From Antedon mediterranea (lineage: Eukaryota; Animalia; Echinodermata), in contig NC_092676.1 of the NCBI RefSeq assembly GCF_964355755.1, positions 10,083,888 to 10,147,887 of the forward strand: a DNA stretch of 64,000 bases, read 5' to 3'. Below the pieces are notes generated by a model. The model saw only the letters and a program-made list of their open reading frames with translations. It was not told the origin of the DNA and did no database searches. Shown piece by piece: positions 11,200 to 25,020 of the stretch (positions are counted from its first letter, which is position 1; each line of letters starts with the position of its first letter). Made by a program: the position numbers and the translations under genes.

Positions 11200-11700
11200 T
11201 ATTTACACAAGTTATCATTTACAGTACATAATGATTAAAAAAAAACTATACAAAAAAAAAATGATTTCATGAAAAACATAGAGTTTCGAGTATGTCTTAT
11301 CTTTTGTCATTTATTATGTTTTTGAATATATGTATATTAGGAGCTGTAATTGCATTTGAGTTTATAGCATTTAAACTATTCCATAGCTTTGCGCCAGAAT
11401 ACGAGAAACTTTTCTTTTTGTACTTAGTGTTTATGTAAACTTAAAATATCTTTTGATCTAGTATTATATGTTTGTTTGCGTACATAGAATCTGTTTCTTA
11501 AGTAGGATTTGGTCAAGTTATTCATTATTTTATACATTGTGACTGCTTCGTTGTAATATTGTTTTTCTTCTAAATTAGGCCAATTTAAATCTTTGAGCGC
11601 CTGTGAACTAGAGTCATCAATTATTTTGGATGCTCTATTTTGGAGTACTTGGAGTTTATATTTGAGAGGGTTTGGTTACAACGACCCCATACAACATTGA
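11200..11700 (-). mobile_element. 3' fragment of L2/CR1-group LINE
   Basis: The minus strand encodes TKYKKKSFSYSGAKLWNSL, typical of L2/Crack ORF2 C-termini. Boundaries are approximate. Confidence 0.6.
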
Positions 11701-12369
11701 CAACCCCATACAACATACGTACTTTTGGTACTGATTTTAACCACCTGATGTAACCCTGTTTACTAATTAAAATTGAGTTAGATAATTTGTTATTGACAAT
11801 TAAAACGAATTTAGGTTCAACGATTTGCCCAAAATAGGGGTGTTTTCCGATCGTGGCATACACTGTCTAATGGATGTCTATCTTAAAAAATACCCGCACA
11901 TAATAATACGAGGATGCTTCGCATTTTCCTATCTCCTCCTACGATAATTGTTTTTAATAACTGAAAACCAGTTGAACAGCTCGAGTACAGCGTCATAATG
12001 TTGAAGACAGACCAATTTTCTATTTTGATAGATTTAATATACGTGGGGGAATTAGTTTATAGGTTTACTGTAACAATATTATTTTAAGGCCATGATAATA
12101 AGAAGAATCTAAAAGTAGGACACAAAATGTATTCTAAATAAAATTTATTTTTCTTCAATGAGTATACGAGAATAAAATACCAACCCAATCTCTTGAATGC
12201 GGTAGGTTTTGATGAGGTCACATGTACTTGAATACACCCTGTAATGAAAATATCTTGAATAAAGATGAAGCAATTATATACACAATTCTATATACAAATG
12301 ATATAACTGATTATTACTAACATGTCCAACCAATAGTTGCGTACCTAATAGATTACGAGTACGGTGAAG

Positions 12370-13740
12370 ATGAATTCGTCAAAAGCTAGTCTTTATTCTG
12401 AAAACAGAGGAATACAAGAAGCTGGGTACATGAATTATTTACACAAGTACTTATCAGTCAATGCAAATGACAAAGTATTAAATTTTGGTTGTGGATCTGG
12501 AGAGCTTGTGTATAAATTAAGCAAGGAAGCTAAGTTTGCTATTGGTAAGTAGGAATTGAGTTTGTAAACGACACAATACACAAACAATTGGTAGAGCCTT
12601 GCTGTACAAGACCATCCGACCATTGATAATTTAGATAATGTAATTGTGTAGTAACTTTTGAAGTTCTCCTATTTTGACACATAGCAGTCTTAATACAAAT
12701 GCTAATCATTAAGGTTTTCTTCTCATTTTAGGTTTTGACATTTCAAAAGAAATGATAGATCATGCAAGACAGAAACACGAAGATACGAATGTATCTTATG
12801 AAATTGCAGATATCTCAAACTGCCTGGCGACACATCCACACTGGAAAGGTGAATTCAGCAAGATCGTGTCTGTATATGCTCTGCATGGGTAAAACACAAA
12901 AGACAAGCTTTCCAGAATATCTATGACTGTCTTAGAGAAGGCGGAGAGTGTTTTCTTCTTTATTGTGGACCAAAAAACCAACTTCGTGGCCACGATGTTG
13001 ATGAACTTCCGTATTATTTTGAAGAATCACACTAAATGGAAGCTCCACCTTGAGGTATGATATGATAATGAGTTTGTTAGTTGACTGGGGAGAATTATAT
13101 ACACATCATTATCAATATAGATTTATTATATTTGGAGATTCCAAATTTGTTCTTAGGTTTAAGCAGCTGTATTTTATTTAATTTTTAAGGGATATAAAAA
13201 CAGATTTTACAACGAACTCACTCTGGAAGAAAATATGCAATTGTTGAAATCAGTAGGTTTTGACGAGGTCAAAGGTGACTTGCACACACCATGTGAGGAT
13301 TTGGAAATATTTAATGTGGATGAGTTAAGAAGTAAGTCAACAAATCAATCTATAAATCCTGTAAAATAAGAATACGGGTTTCTTAAAAATATACCTCCAA
13401 TTATTATTTTAGTCATAGTTTATAAATATAATTTAGAACACTTTCGCTAAATTAAACTGTCGGATTCACTCTTGAATGGTGCAATATATGTGTGTCTAAA
13501 AAATAGTATCAACTCCTTGAATATTTTCCGTCCCATACTAATTTCATGCTACTATAATTGTTTTATATTTCAGGATATGTAAGTTCACTCGTTGATCAAA
13601 TAGAGTATGTGCCTAAGCAGTATCGATCTGAAATTCTTAAAGATGCTACTGAATGGTGCTTCAAGAACTTTCCCGTCAGCAAGCGAGGAAATAAATACTG
13701 TCGACAAGATGCAGTTGTTCTGCGGGCGAAGAAGTATTAA
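12370..13740 (+). pseudogene. Class I SAM-dependent methyltransferase (JHAMT/Methyltransf_11-25-like), 4 exons, frameshifted
   Basis: Exons 12370-12544, 12732-13054, 13190-13331 and 13574-13740, all GT-AG. Motif I VLNFGCGSG, then GFDISKEMIDHAR and SVYALH(W)V. A 1-bp deletion at ~12886 (catgggtaa) gives an immediate stop, and a second +1 shift occurs before NHTKW. Confidence 0.8.
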
Positions 13741-14099
13741 TTAACATTTATTGTTATTTGTGTCATCTACTACGGATGATACCGATTTCCAAGATTGAAA
13801 ATTGAGCATTTGTTATTCTTTTTTACCACTTTTCATATCTATTAGAGGATTGTATTTGACTATAAACGTTACCATATTATTACTAAAAATAAAACGTACC
13901 CCTCAAATAAGCACCTCCCTAAAATGAACTCCGCCTCCTCACCTCCGCTTTATTAGGGCCCTACCAACAATAACACTATACTTTAAACTGTTACCTGTAT
14001 TAATCATCTAAGACACTGTAAAACAGAGTAGGTTTAGTTTATAAAATGTCCTTCTAAAACCGTTTTACTCGAGTCATTATCATTTCGAGAACCATCGTC

Positions 14100-14640
14100 T
14101 ACACTTCTTCCTCTATACTAGTATCATCAATTAATAAGTAATATTTCTGCATGGTTTGAGGTAACAGATCATCACTTAATTTATCTAAAACTAACTTAAT
14201 TTACTTTATTCATGATAAGAAATATAACAAAGATCTACCTTCAGATATCGTCATTGAAAATCATTAAATTAAAAAAGTAAACCACATCAAATTCTTATGA
14301 GTCATAATTGACTCTCAATTAAATTAGAGTGTTCATATTGCCAATATTTATAAAACGGTATCAAGAAATGTTGAAATGTTCTTAAACATCTCAAATTCAT
14401 TGTTGTGTATTTAATATTAAAAAAAGACCTTATAATTTGTCTTATCGATCTCACACCAAACAACTATTTTATTCTTTAAATACATTAAATATTTTTATAT
14501 CAACAAACAGCCATGCTAATATTTCGTTTCAGTAATAAATAACCAGCTTCCTTCACAATTTAATACCCTTTTTTCATATCTATGTCAATAAATAATAATA
14601 ATCTTCACACATAATCAAATGTTTTATTATTATGTATAAG
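14100..14640 (+). mobile_element. Highly degenerate L2/Crack LINE RT fragment
   Basis: Translates in pieces to SAWFEV..SLNLSKT and VNHIKFL*VIIDSQLN*SVHIANIYKTVSRNV. Confidence 0.6.
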
Positions 14641-14787
14641 TACAAATCAATTATAGTGTAATATTTTGAACTATTGTTCAATAGTACTTTTTTTCGTGTA
14701 TGTGGCCGCTTACGGGAGGTACCAAATGAGATAGGAATAACAAACGGGCTTTTTGAAAGTGCGGTCGTTAAGGGGGTAAATACAACA

Positions 14788-15125
14788 ATTAATTAATGGG
14801 AACATCTCTACACGATGTGGAATCGTTGGAAAAAACAGATTTAGCTAGATGAGTTCCAGTTGCCTGTAGAGGTTTTGTAAAGGTATCGCTATCTTTCTAC
14901 CCTAGCTATGCCTAGGCCTGTTAGTATTAGGCTAGGCCTATATGCGCCTTGCTAGCTATGCCTATGATTGTTTGGTCATTTGTTGACCTAATTAACACTA
15001 CATTATGTGCGTTTATAAATTCAAAACAGAGTAAACAGTTGAAACAATGTAAACAAACCCAATAATTCTTAATAAAAAGAGCTTACTTCAATCACGACGA
15101 CAATAATTGTAATTACCTTGTATTC
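14788..15125. repeat. Interspersed repeat shared (inverted) with 43440-43645
   Basis: attaattaatgggaacatctctaca...gatgagttccagttgcctgt...gattgtttggtc is the reverse complement of sequence at 43460-43645. Confidence 0.7.
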
Positions 15126-15607
15126 ATTCAACAAATAATCAAACAAACCAATTCATTTATATTGAAAAATATTTCTGTATGTTACTTTTTTTCCATGATA
15201 CTTTTCACGATTTAAGTCTCAAATTATCTAATAGAGGGGATTAAGGGTTTATTTTTTTGTCTTGTATGGGCTCGTCCCACTTTTATTTCAGCTTGCAGTA
15301 CAAATTATTTAAATATAGGCCTATACAAGTTCACTATAACAAGGCATATAATATGTATATTCTCTTGTATTATGGTCATGTTCTCAATTTTTTCTTTGTG
15401 ATTATTGTTAAAACGTGTTTTTTTAATAACATAGTATATTTAGAAATGAATAAAAAAAAATTTACAATTATTAAAAACATTTACTTATAACCTACATACA
15501 ATATATATACAGACATTCTGAATATTGCAGATTTCATATAATTATTATTAAAATTGTCTAAAAACATAATCACTACTCAAAACTCACCTCTCCTGATTTT
15601 TTTTCTA

Positions 15608-15675
15608 CAGCGCCATGAGCAATGAATGTTGGAATGGCGCTATATAAATCGAACGATTGATTGATTGATTGATTG
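15608..15675 (+). mobile_element. L2-type 3' tail (SINE/LINE end) with (GATT)n
   Basis: agcgccatgagc...ggcgctatataaat followed by (gatt)n. Confidence 0.5.
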
Positions 15676-17394
15676 AATCAATGGTTACATTGAAAATCAC
15701 TTGAAATAAAAAAGGGCTACACATTTATATTAAAACTTATACAGCTGCATATGTCACACTAATATAAAATATAATCGTAAAACGTAGGGAGAGAGATCTC
15801 TAGCACATATATATTAATTTTAATTATTCAATAGATCAAATATCTCGTCTTTACTATTTTTCCATTTCTGATCAGAAGTATAAAAGTTATACGAATACTC
15901 ATTATTTATGAGGTTTATAATTTCATTTTTAAATAGACCCCAAATATTTTCAGATTCTTTTTTTTCTGTCGTTTCTAGTTCTTTATATATTATGAAAGAT
16001 TACAAAGAGTAAAAACTGAAATTAATTCGTTTACAAGTTTGTTTGTTGTTCCCAAAATTACATTAATCCACTTTGGGAAGTCTTGCTGTACTGTGACCTC
16101 ATTTGCAAGACACTGAACCAGCATATCTTTTAACTTTTTCCAGACTGGTTAAATAGTTTTACATGCAATTAATAAGTGTTTTTCATTTTCTATATGATTC
16201 TTAAACTTACTACATTGTTTCTGTTTTGGATAATTTCTATCGTTTTAGTCTTTTTTTACATATAAGGATTCAATGTAACAACTTAAAATTAAATTGAGCT
16301 ACTTTTACTATGTGTTTCATTCTATTGAGGGTTTAAATGAGCCATTATTCTTCATTTACACTAGAAATAGAATTCAGCAGTGAAAGTATGATAAATAGAT
16401 CTAACCTTGCTCATGACAATTTTCCCCTATTGTGGATTTAATTTCTTTAGCGTTTTTTCTTGACAATAAGCAACACATTCAAACATAGTCTCAAATAACA
16501 GTAAATGTGAAAGTATAACGACGGCAAAACAATGGTGTTTGAAGTTTTACTGACGTCAACGGAAAGAATTTTGATAATAATTATAAATATATACGAGCAC
16601 CTACCTGGGCACCATAATTCACATCATATTGCTCTCAATTTTGTAGACGGCATCATCAATGTATTGCAGGATTTACCATTAGATGTTAAGACTTTGAAGT
16701 AAGCACAATGGAAAAGCTGTTCTTTTTCATGTTCATTTCATGTTCATTTCTTATGCGAATGTTATGGCGTCAAAAGGTAAGCAAATATTAATATTTAAAA
16801 CTTATCAATGCTGTTTTATTTCATATAAAGTTATTAATTTGACAACTATATGCAATTTCGGAACAAAACACTGGCTATTGATTGAAATGCAGGCCTAAGC
16901 GAAGATTCATTTTTATTTTTTGGCATGATTCCCACGTTTTTTCTTTTTTTTTTTTTATGACTTTCAAAAGTTAATCAACATTAAACATAGTAAGAGTCGG
17001 TTTCTGAAATGCTAATGAATAAAACGCTTATTGTATCGAAGCACCATTAGATTATCGAATCTGTTTAAGTATGCCTAACATAAGATTGTGTCATTTTTTT
17101 AAGAAGATATAGTAACAATGACAACACCAAAAGTGTAAAATTAATTGATTTCTGCTTGTACTTTTCTCCGTATGAAATAAAAGTTAGACTTGTTGATGGC
17201 GGCAATCCCAATGAAGGCCGAGTTGAACTCAGCACTGGGGTACAATGGGGTACAATATGTGACGATGGCTGGGATATAAACGACGCCCAAGTTGTATGTC
17301 GACAGTTAAACCTAGGAGAAGCTGTTGAAGCTCCATCAAGAGCTCACTTTGGCCCAGGTTCTGGTTCAATTATGTACGATGAGGTTGCTTGTAC

Positions 17395-18698
17395 CATGGA
17401 TTAAAGAATAGAAGGATATGCATCGACGTGAGATCAAGGGTTCCTTGACTCTCGCCGACAGACCGCGGACCGCCCACAATGTTACAGTTTAATTAACCGC
17501 ATGGTAACAACGAAACGGTCGCGTGCCTAATATATTGTTTACTGCACATGTGCAACGACATTTAACCTTGTTGGCTACTACGCTTCTTTCGCGCGTTCTT
17601 TGGTGGCATGATGTTTGTAGATGGTCAACTATTGACTATGTTGGTTTCTGCCGCGATTGATCTACGCTAATGATTTTTTTATGATGATTAAAGTAGCATT
17701 TTATGACCTGTAGTAGCCCTACATCTGAGACAATAACTATTAGTTGTCTCATTTGTTGTAAAATTACAAAATCAGCAAGAATGCTAGCCTAGCTAGGCCC
17801 AGGCCTTGTACTAACTAGGCTAAACTGGGCTAGTAAACCCTATGATTTGCCGACATTGATACTGCCTAGGTAGGCCTAGGCTAATCTTAAATACTCACCG
17901 TTGTCTTACTTCTTGTGTGAATAATAATAATAGGTAGGCCTACTTCGTTTGTTCGTGATCAAGTTTGCCCTGCGTGTACTTTTCAAAACGACCGCTAGGT
18001 AACGAATCGCAACTATACATAGCCAGCCAATCCCGGATCAGGGATCGCTGTTTTCATTCAATTAGGCCCGGTGATTGGATGTGATGTGGATGACATAACC
18101 ACTAGCCAATCACCAGGCACTACAGTTTAAATATAATCACATCGATAATTAAGGAGATTTATGAAGAAACCACTGCTTAGCCATATATTAAAAAACACGA
18201 TTGTTGTATGTCTGAACACCGGCCACGCTAACAACATACATGGTCAAATGCATAATTTAATATTCTATAGATTAACGCAATTTTTAATGACAGAAGATGG
18301 CAGGCAAATAATGATAATTCAAATATAAAAATGGCATATTTTATTAATATTACCAACTACCTAAAATTACCAGTCGTAAGAAAGTGAACTTTTCGTAGTC
18401 CGATTGTGATGAAACTAAAACAGAATTATTCAGCAATATATGTTTGTTATCAATTAATCATCGACGCAGACATGTCAATAGAACATTCAGACTGCGCATA
18501 CGATTTCTACATGGTTACGTTTTGGTCTCAAAAAATGTAACAGTTGATTCGCAGCGTTTTACAGAGGGCCGCGGTTAGAGACACGGAGTTCAATGAACGT
18601 GTTTGTTTGATTGGCAGCAGTGCTTTAGTATAGGCAAGCGCGTTGTAAAATCGTTTGATGTCACCGTCGATGCATATCCTTCTATTCTTTAATCCATG
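17395..18698. mobile_element. Non-autonomous P-element-like DNA transposon inserted in the SRCR exon
   Basis: Perfect 34-bp TIR catggattaaagaatagaaggatatgcatcgacg; 7-bp TSD cttgtac (17388-17394 and 18699-18705); CAT...ATG termini. Confidence 0.88.
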
Positions 18699-18815
18699 CT
18701 TGTACAGGATCTGAAACTGACATTACAAGCTGCCGTAGCAGTGGATTTATGAACCACGACTGTGGTCATGGTGAAGACGCTAGTGTTATTTGTGAAGGAC
18801 CGGGTATGTATACTA

Positions 18816-19614
18816 TTTTTAGTCGCGTGGAAGCGACTCTATAGTTCACTATGTCGGTCGGTCGGTCTGTCTGTCGGTCTGTCTGTCGGTCTGTCTGTCT
18901 GTCGGTCCGGTATCACTATGCGTTTTATCGCTTTCTGACCTTATCTTGATATCAGTTTAATCTAGCTAGGTCAATTTTTCACAGTATATTCCTGATGGCC
19001 AGGAATCAATGTGGTTATGTTTTCACGGTGCGCAATAAAAAATTACGCGGTCTACGCACGATTTAACGAAATCACGTTTGTAATCATATCTTCACAACCA
19101 TGAATCACAATTAAATAAAATTTGGTACTCATAAATTTCAGGGCATAAATCATCATATGGCAATACAATTACGTGCGTAGCGCATGTAACGCATGCGTAC
19201 GCGCGCTTAACATTTTCAAAATTTATTTTCGATGAAATAAGTGTACATTTCAGGCAATTTTAAGCGTTTACAAAATTGCCATGAGTGCGCATATTTTTGC
19301 GCGCGCACTGCGCGTTAAATGTTATTGCGCACTCTTTTTGCCCGATTTCTGTTTTCTTGACTTACTTTTCAACTCGAAATTACGTTATACGAGCACGTCA
19401 AAAGTGACAGGCTACGCACGTGTAAATTTAAAAAAAAATAAATGTTTTTAAACATTTCAACATTTTTAAACATGTTCAGTAATTTCGGTCAGTATAGTTC
19501 ACTATGTCGGTCGGTCGGTCTCTCTGTCTGTCTGTCTGTCTGACGGTCTGTCTGTCTGTCGGTCCGGTATCGCTATGCATTGTAGCACGCGACTTAATGG
19601 CTGTTGGCCTTGTT
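18816..19614 (+). mobile_element. DINE-1/Helentron-like element family B
   Basis: Near-identical reverse complement of 8537-9329. Confidence 0.82.
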
Positions 19615-21619
19615 TATATAGAATCTCGGATGAATTATTAATGTGAACATTTATAATTTGTTAATATTTGAAGATCTGTAAATTGCAGACACTCTAACAA
19701 TTCCACCAGAAAAACTATTATATATTTATTATTAAACATTATCTACAAGACGATTGCCCTTATGAACACCAAACTAAACCTAGCTCTTAAGGTGTGTGGT
19801 CCAGGATATAAGTTGTAACTGGTGCAGTTGTAGCGCCTACTTGTAGTTGCCTGGAAAGGTCAACGGTTACATGTGTGTCATGGTGCCTTCATGCCCTTAA
19901 AAAAAAGCATACACTAATTCAGTGTTGGCACTACCTAGTGGCCACCGAACCCCAGAATGTATGAAGTAACTTGTAATTCATGACTGTATGTTTCTAAACC
20001 AAAACTCTCTTTTTGACAGATAATGAGCCCCCAGAACTGCAATGTCCCAAGAAAACTTCGAATTATTATAGAACCTACTACGGCTACATCCAGGCCCATA
20101 CTGACGAAGGAAGCGCCAATGGCACCATCTCGTGGGTTCCATTGGTTGCCAGAGATAATAGCAGGATTCCAGCAAATATCACAAGTTATCCCCACAAATC
20201 CGGCGATGTTTACCCAATGAAACTGTTTCCGCCATACACGACTACAATACGGGCGACGGACCAATCAGGAAACTTCGAAGAATGTGTTCTGCATTTCGCA
20301 GTTGTTGGTAGGAATAACACAAACGGGATATTTATATTAAATGCCTATTTTTAAACTTAGATAAACTTAAATATACTGTAATCGCTGTCTTTTTAATTAA
20401 ACAATCTGTCTTTTTACCCACTCCTACAGCTATAATAGGTCAAGTATGTTTTAACTCTCTATATAGACCCATTTTGATTAGGCACTAGGCCTATAAAAGA
20501 AGTAGAAGTATTATTTTAAATAATTTTATCTTCTGTCATTGTAGATATTGAAAGTCCGGTTATAAGTTGTCCATGGCATTCAAATAACTTTATTCAAAGA
20601 AATTCAGAATCTTCTTGGTCGGTTTTTACTGATAAATCTTCCAGAAGTGCTCGATTATATTGGACACAACCAAATGCAACAGACAACAGTGGCACTGTAG
20701 TCTCCATGAGTTCAAACTATAATTCTGGTGATGTTTTTCTGGCAAGAAATTCTGCCTATGAAATTACATATACTGCGATTGATAGAGATAGCAACGTTGG
20801 AAATTGTTCGTTTTTTATCACAGTCGAAGGTATGTAACTATAAACTGTTTGCAGTACGACTCGTTACATTTTGCAAATGTTTAGAGCTTTGTACTGCCTT
20901 TCCTTCCTAACGAATGGCCTACTTTAGTGTGTAACTTGCCGCACTTTGTGTGCAAATGTTACGCCGATTATCTTCAACAAGTTGTAAAATCTTTATTTTG
21001 CAGTTCTAGCGAAATCAATTAATTAACGATGTCAATCAGCTTTTTCGAAAATACGGAATAAATTAAATGCATTCGAGGCGCATATTTTCATAGAAAGATA
21101 AAATAATAATTAAATAAAACATAAATGGTGTACTCATCATAGCTTGGGGTTTCTACCTGTTTTACTTTTTTGTTTTGATTTAGCACTTTACTTTAGTTGT
21201 ATCTCCATTCCAGTCACGGATGATACCCAAAACAAAGTAATTTACCTCTTGATAAATAATAATTTTAAAAATTCAGTAATATCATGTAGTAATATTTTTT
21301 TTATTTAGATTTGGAAAGTCCATCAATTGAATGTCCACCTAGCTTAGAAAGTTACACAGATGTTGGTTCAAGATTTGCTTTATTAATATGGAACATCACC
21401 CTGGATGATAATTTTGCTGTCACCTACTGCATAGCAAACGACTCCAGAGTTGAACCTACTAATATTACATTCAATGACGAAAGTATTACCCTGACTCAAT
21501 ATGGATTGTTTCCTATCGGTATAAACGAAGTTGAATATATTGTGATGGATATATCTGGTAACATAGATACCTGTGTATTTTCTATTACAGTTATAGGTGA
21601 GTTAACATACATAAGTTAA

Positions 21620-22485
21620 TTTCAGAAAGACACGTTTTACAATTTTGTAATTTGTCACGAAAGTATGCAAATTAGTAGTACAATTTAAATAAAATATGCA
21701 AATATTAATCTACAAACGTTTTAGTTTCATTATATATGCAATATTGAGAAATGGGGCCGAGGGTCAGATGTCATATCGGTACTTCCGATAATTTTTCGAA
21801 TTACTAAACAGTCCTATACTGGCTATAGAAAACCTGTATCCGAGTCATTTGGGACCAAAACAAAGTCTGTACATACATTTTAGTTGCATTATATGCAAAT
21901 ATTGAGAATGTTCGTGGGTCAAATGTCATATTTCCGATAATTTGTTCGTAAAATGTTTAAATAAATATAAATATGTACATTCTGAATAAGGCTTTAAAAT
22001 ATCAACTCTCTAGCATTAATGGTTTTCGAGATTCACCCTTATTTGCATATTTCAAATTTGTACTACTAATTAGCAATTTCGAGTTGCATGACAAAGGCGT
22101 GTTTTTTGGAATGACTAAATGTTCCTATGCTGGCTATCGAAAACCTGCATTTGAGTCATTTCAGGCGAAAAAAAGTATGTACAGACATTTGAGTTGCATT
22201 ATATATGTAAATATTGAGAAATGGGGTCGAGGGTCAAATGTCGTACTTCCGGTCATTTTTTCGTAAAATGTTTTATTAGAGCAAATAGAAATATATACAT
22301 TCTAAATACGCCCATCAAAAAATCCGTGAAAAAATGACCACTCTCGGACTATTAATTTTTCACCCTAATTTGTATATTTTTAAATATTTTTAAAAGCTAT
22401 GACTGACAGAAGCGTGATGCTCAATTTTTGATCTCCTCATCAAATGTGACCATTAAAAAAATCTCTTTTTGCAATTTGTTTCACT
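21620..22485. repeat. Interspersed repeat / DNA transposon remnant with internal direct and inverted repeats; related fragment at 30190-30470
   Basis: Three repeats of atgcaaatattgagaaatgggg..gagggtcaaatgtc. gtgatgctcaa.ttttgatctcctcatca is shared with 30400-30440. Confidence 0.6.
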
Positions 22486-23249
22486 CAAAATGATAGATTG
22501 CCTAGCCTACTGGCTCTAAACTCTTATGAAAAAAATGTACGCTACAATAATAACTTGTTTAACCAGAGACGAAACGAAAGTCTTTCGTTTTTATGTTTAA
22601 ACGTCAGTAATTTAAACAAATATAATAATCTAGCCAATATTATGTATACACATTGTCCTTGGTATCTATAAGTGATATCTATTTATATAATTTTACACAC
22701 GGCAAAAATACAAGATTCTTGCCGATTGTAATAATATGTTTTTCCATGTTACTGTAAGCCTCTTTATTGTATAACAAAGTAACCATTACAACATTGTATT
22801 TGCAATGCTTTCGATGAATACAAATATTTATTCTATATTTGTATATATAAGAGTAATCTTCAAGTTCATAGTTTCAATTTATACAAATAAATAAATACGA
22901 TTTAGAAAGAAATTTTTACTTAAGCGGTACAGGAAACTATAAAGGAAGAAGAAATAAAATTTAATGACAAATACATCGACGTTGCGAAACCATCATGGAA
23001 CCATTCTCAAGAATAAATGAATAAAATTAAGAACTAAATAAAATACAAAGCACCAAAGGGTGAAAGGAAGTACTTATACAATAGTAACGAAGACTGACAA
23101 GCCTAAAACGATAGGGTCCTCTCGTTAATTATTAAACAATTTGCTTTGATTGAGTAATTTTGTTAGTTTAAGAGACGGTTTCCACTATTTTATCCAAAGC
23201 ATTTAATTATTTAAGCAATCAAATTTAGATTTGCACTTACATAATACTT

Positions 23250-25020
23250 TATTTATTCATAAGAATCACCTTTATATCAGTGGCACACATTGATCAGTTA
23301 ATGGTGCATCCATTTTACAAACAAATAACATAAGACACAAAGTTCTAAATACTAATACATAACATCAAAACAATATGTAAACTAATTGATTAAATCTGTA
23401 TGTAAATATATAATACTTAAACTGTACAATGTGTATAACCACAAAATAAAAAAAAAACAAATAATAGATAAAACAAAACAGAACAATAAAAGTATAGGAT
23501 ATCATTAAAAAAAAGCTAAAACTTACAGATTACAGATACATCCTCATATAGACGTCTGTATCTTGTTTCTATTAATTAATTAGTTGCATGTTGAGAGAGG
23601 TAATGCTGAAAATATTGTAGATCTAGTAACCTATGCTTTCATTAAATATATTTTTACAATAGAAATACACAATTTCTCCTAATGTTTCATTCTAAGTGAA
23701 TAGATTGTCTAGCATAAAGTGGTGTTTTAATTCTTGAGAACCACAGTTATCCCAATTAAATTATTGTCTATGAGGTTGTTCTTAAGATCTAAGTATACAT
23801 AATTTCTAACAGAGTTTAATATGGGCATTTAAATCAAAAATGGTTTAGCCTACTGTTTCTTTTTCCTTAGTATTACACATCTTGTATGTAGATTAAGTAA
23901 GATTAATATGTATTTGTCTATTCTGTGCATTCAATTATTATATATTTTTGTGAAGTGTGCCACTGTTACAAAAGTGAAGTTACCAATAAATTATTATTAT
24001 TATTATTATTAATGGTGGTGTTATTATTATTATTATTATTACATAACTCTATGTTATTTTTTGACCAGGATTGTCTACGACCCTCAAGATCTAGAGTGTT
24101 TGAGCTTGCTTTAAACTTTAAATTGATGCTCTTACAATCAGTTTTATCTAATAAATATTGTTCAAGGTTTGGAGTTCCTTTATACATATACTGTTAACGT
24201 TGTTTTGCATTAAGCCTTTAAAAACCACTCTTTATGATCAACTTGTTTATTATTTGTTCTAAATGGCTATTATCCAGTTGGTAGATTGTTCTTGTTGTTT
24301 TAAATTTGTCTATACAATTTGTTTTATTTAAAATATCTTTTACATTGGCATATCATACTTTCTTGAACAAATAAAACTTCCTCTTTAAGATTTTCAATTC
24401 TAATATAATTAATACCGACAATTTATATAATATTTGTAATCCACAACGTGTTACTCGTAGCTCTTCTTCTGTTGGTACTCTTTTTGATATTCGTCGCTGC
24501 AGAACTGAATCTTCTTTTCAATCATATATCCCACGTGTTACCAGAATTTGGAATAATTTACCCAGTGAAATCCGCAACTTAAATATTTCTGTTAGTTCTT
24601 TTAAAACCAAATTACTTAATTATCTCAATATTTATTTTTTAAATAATTTTGATATTGAAAATGTGTGTAGTTGGTCGCTTTCTTGTCGATGCTTTTAATG
24701 TAGAACGTAATTTATTTATTTTTCTCTGTTCTGGGTTGACCAACTAGCATAGGTGTTTAGCACCTGTTTGGTCTTTCCGTGCCTCCTTTTATAATTGTTT
24801 TGTCTTCTTATGTTTATGGCAGAAATTGAATAAAAAAAAAAAAAGACTAGAATCTAGAATCATTCTTCCATATTCTTTTCTATTTCTGTTAAAATATTGA
24901 AGGAATTTTGTAGGAAATTAATACTTTGCCATCCCAAATCACCATACAGTGCTTTTCTGGCAACATTTCTCTGGGTTTTTAGTATTATCCTAGCCATTTA
25001 AAAGTGTAAGTTCTCACTGA
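23250..25020 (-). mobile_element. Degenerate 5'-truncated LINE inserted in the Penelope element
   Basis: Minus-strand remnants ALYGDLGW and LIETRY..ICK; AATAAA-rich 3' end near 23255. Clade uncertain. Confidence 0.45.
24410..24845 (+). mobile_element. CR1-type LINE 3' end with poly(A)
   Basis: Encodes SSFQSYIPRVTRIWNNLPSEIRNL..SFKTKLLNYL, then a 3' UTR ending aataaaaaaaaaaaaa. Confidence 0.7.

Noticed and set aside
19925-19945. CTCF-like motif (minus strand tggccactaggtagtgcca)
   Set aside because: A single imperfect match inside a probable small repeat; it cannot be supported from sequence alone.
23925-24197. Poly-Leu / poly-Asn ORFs
   Set aside because: Caused by a (TTA)n microsatellite at ~23990-24040.
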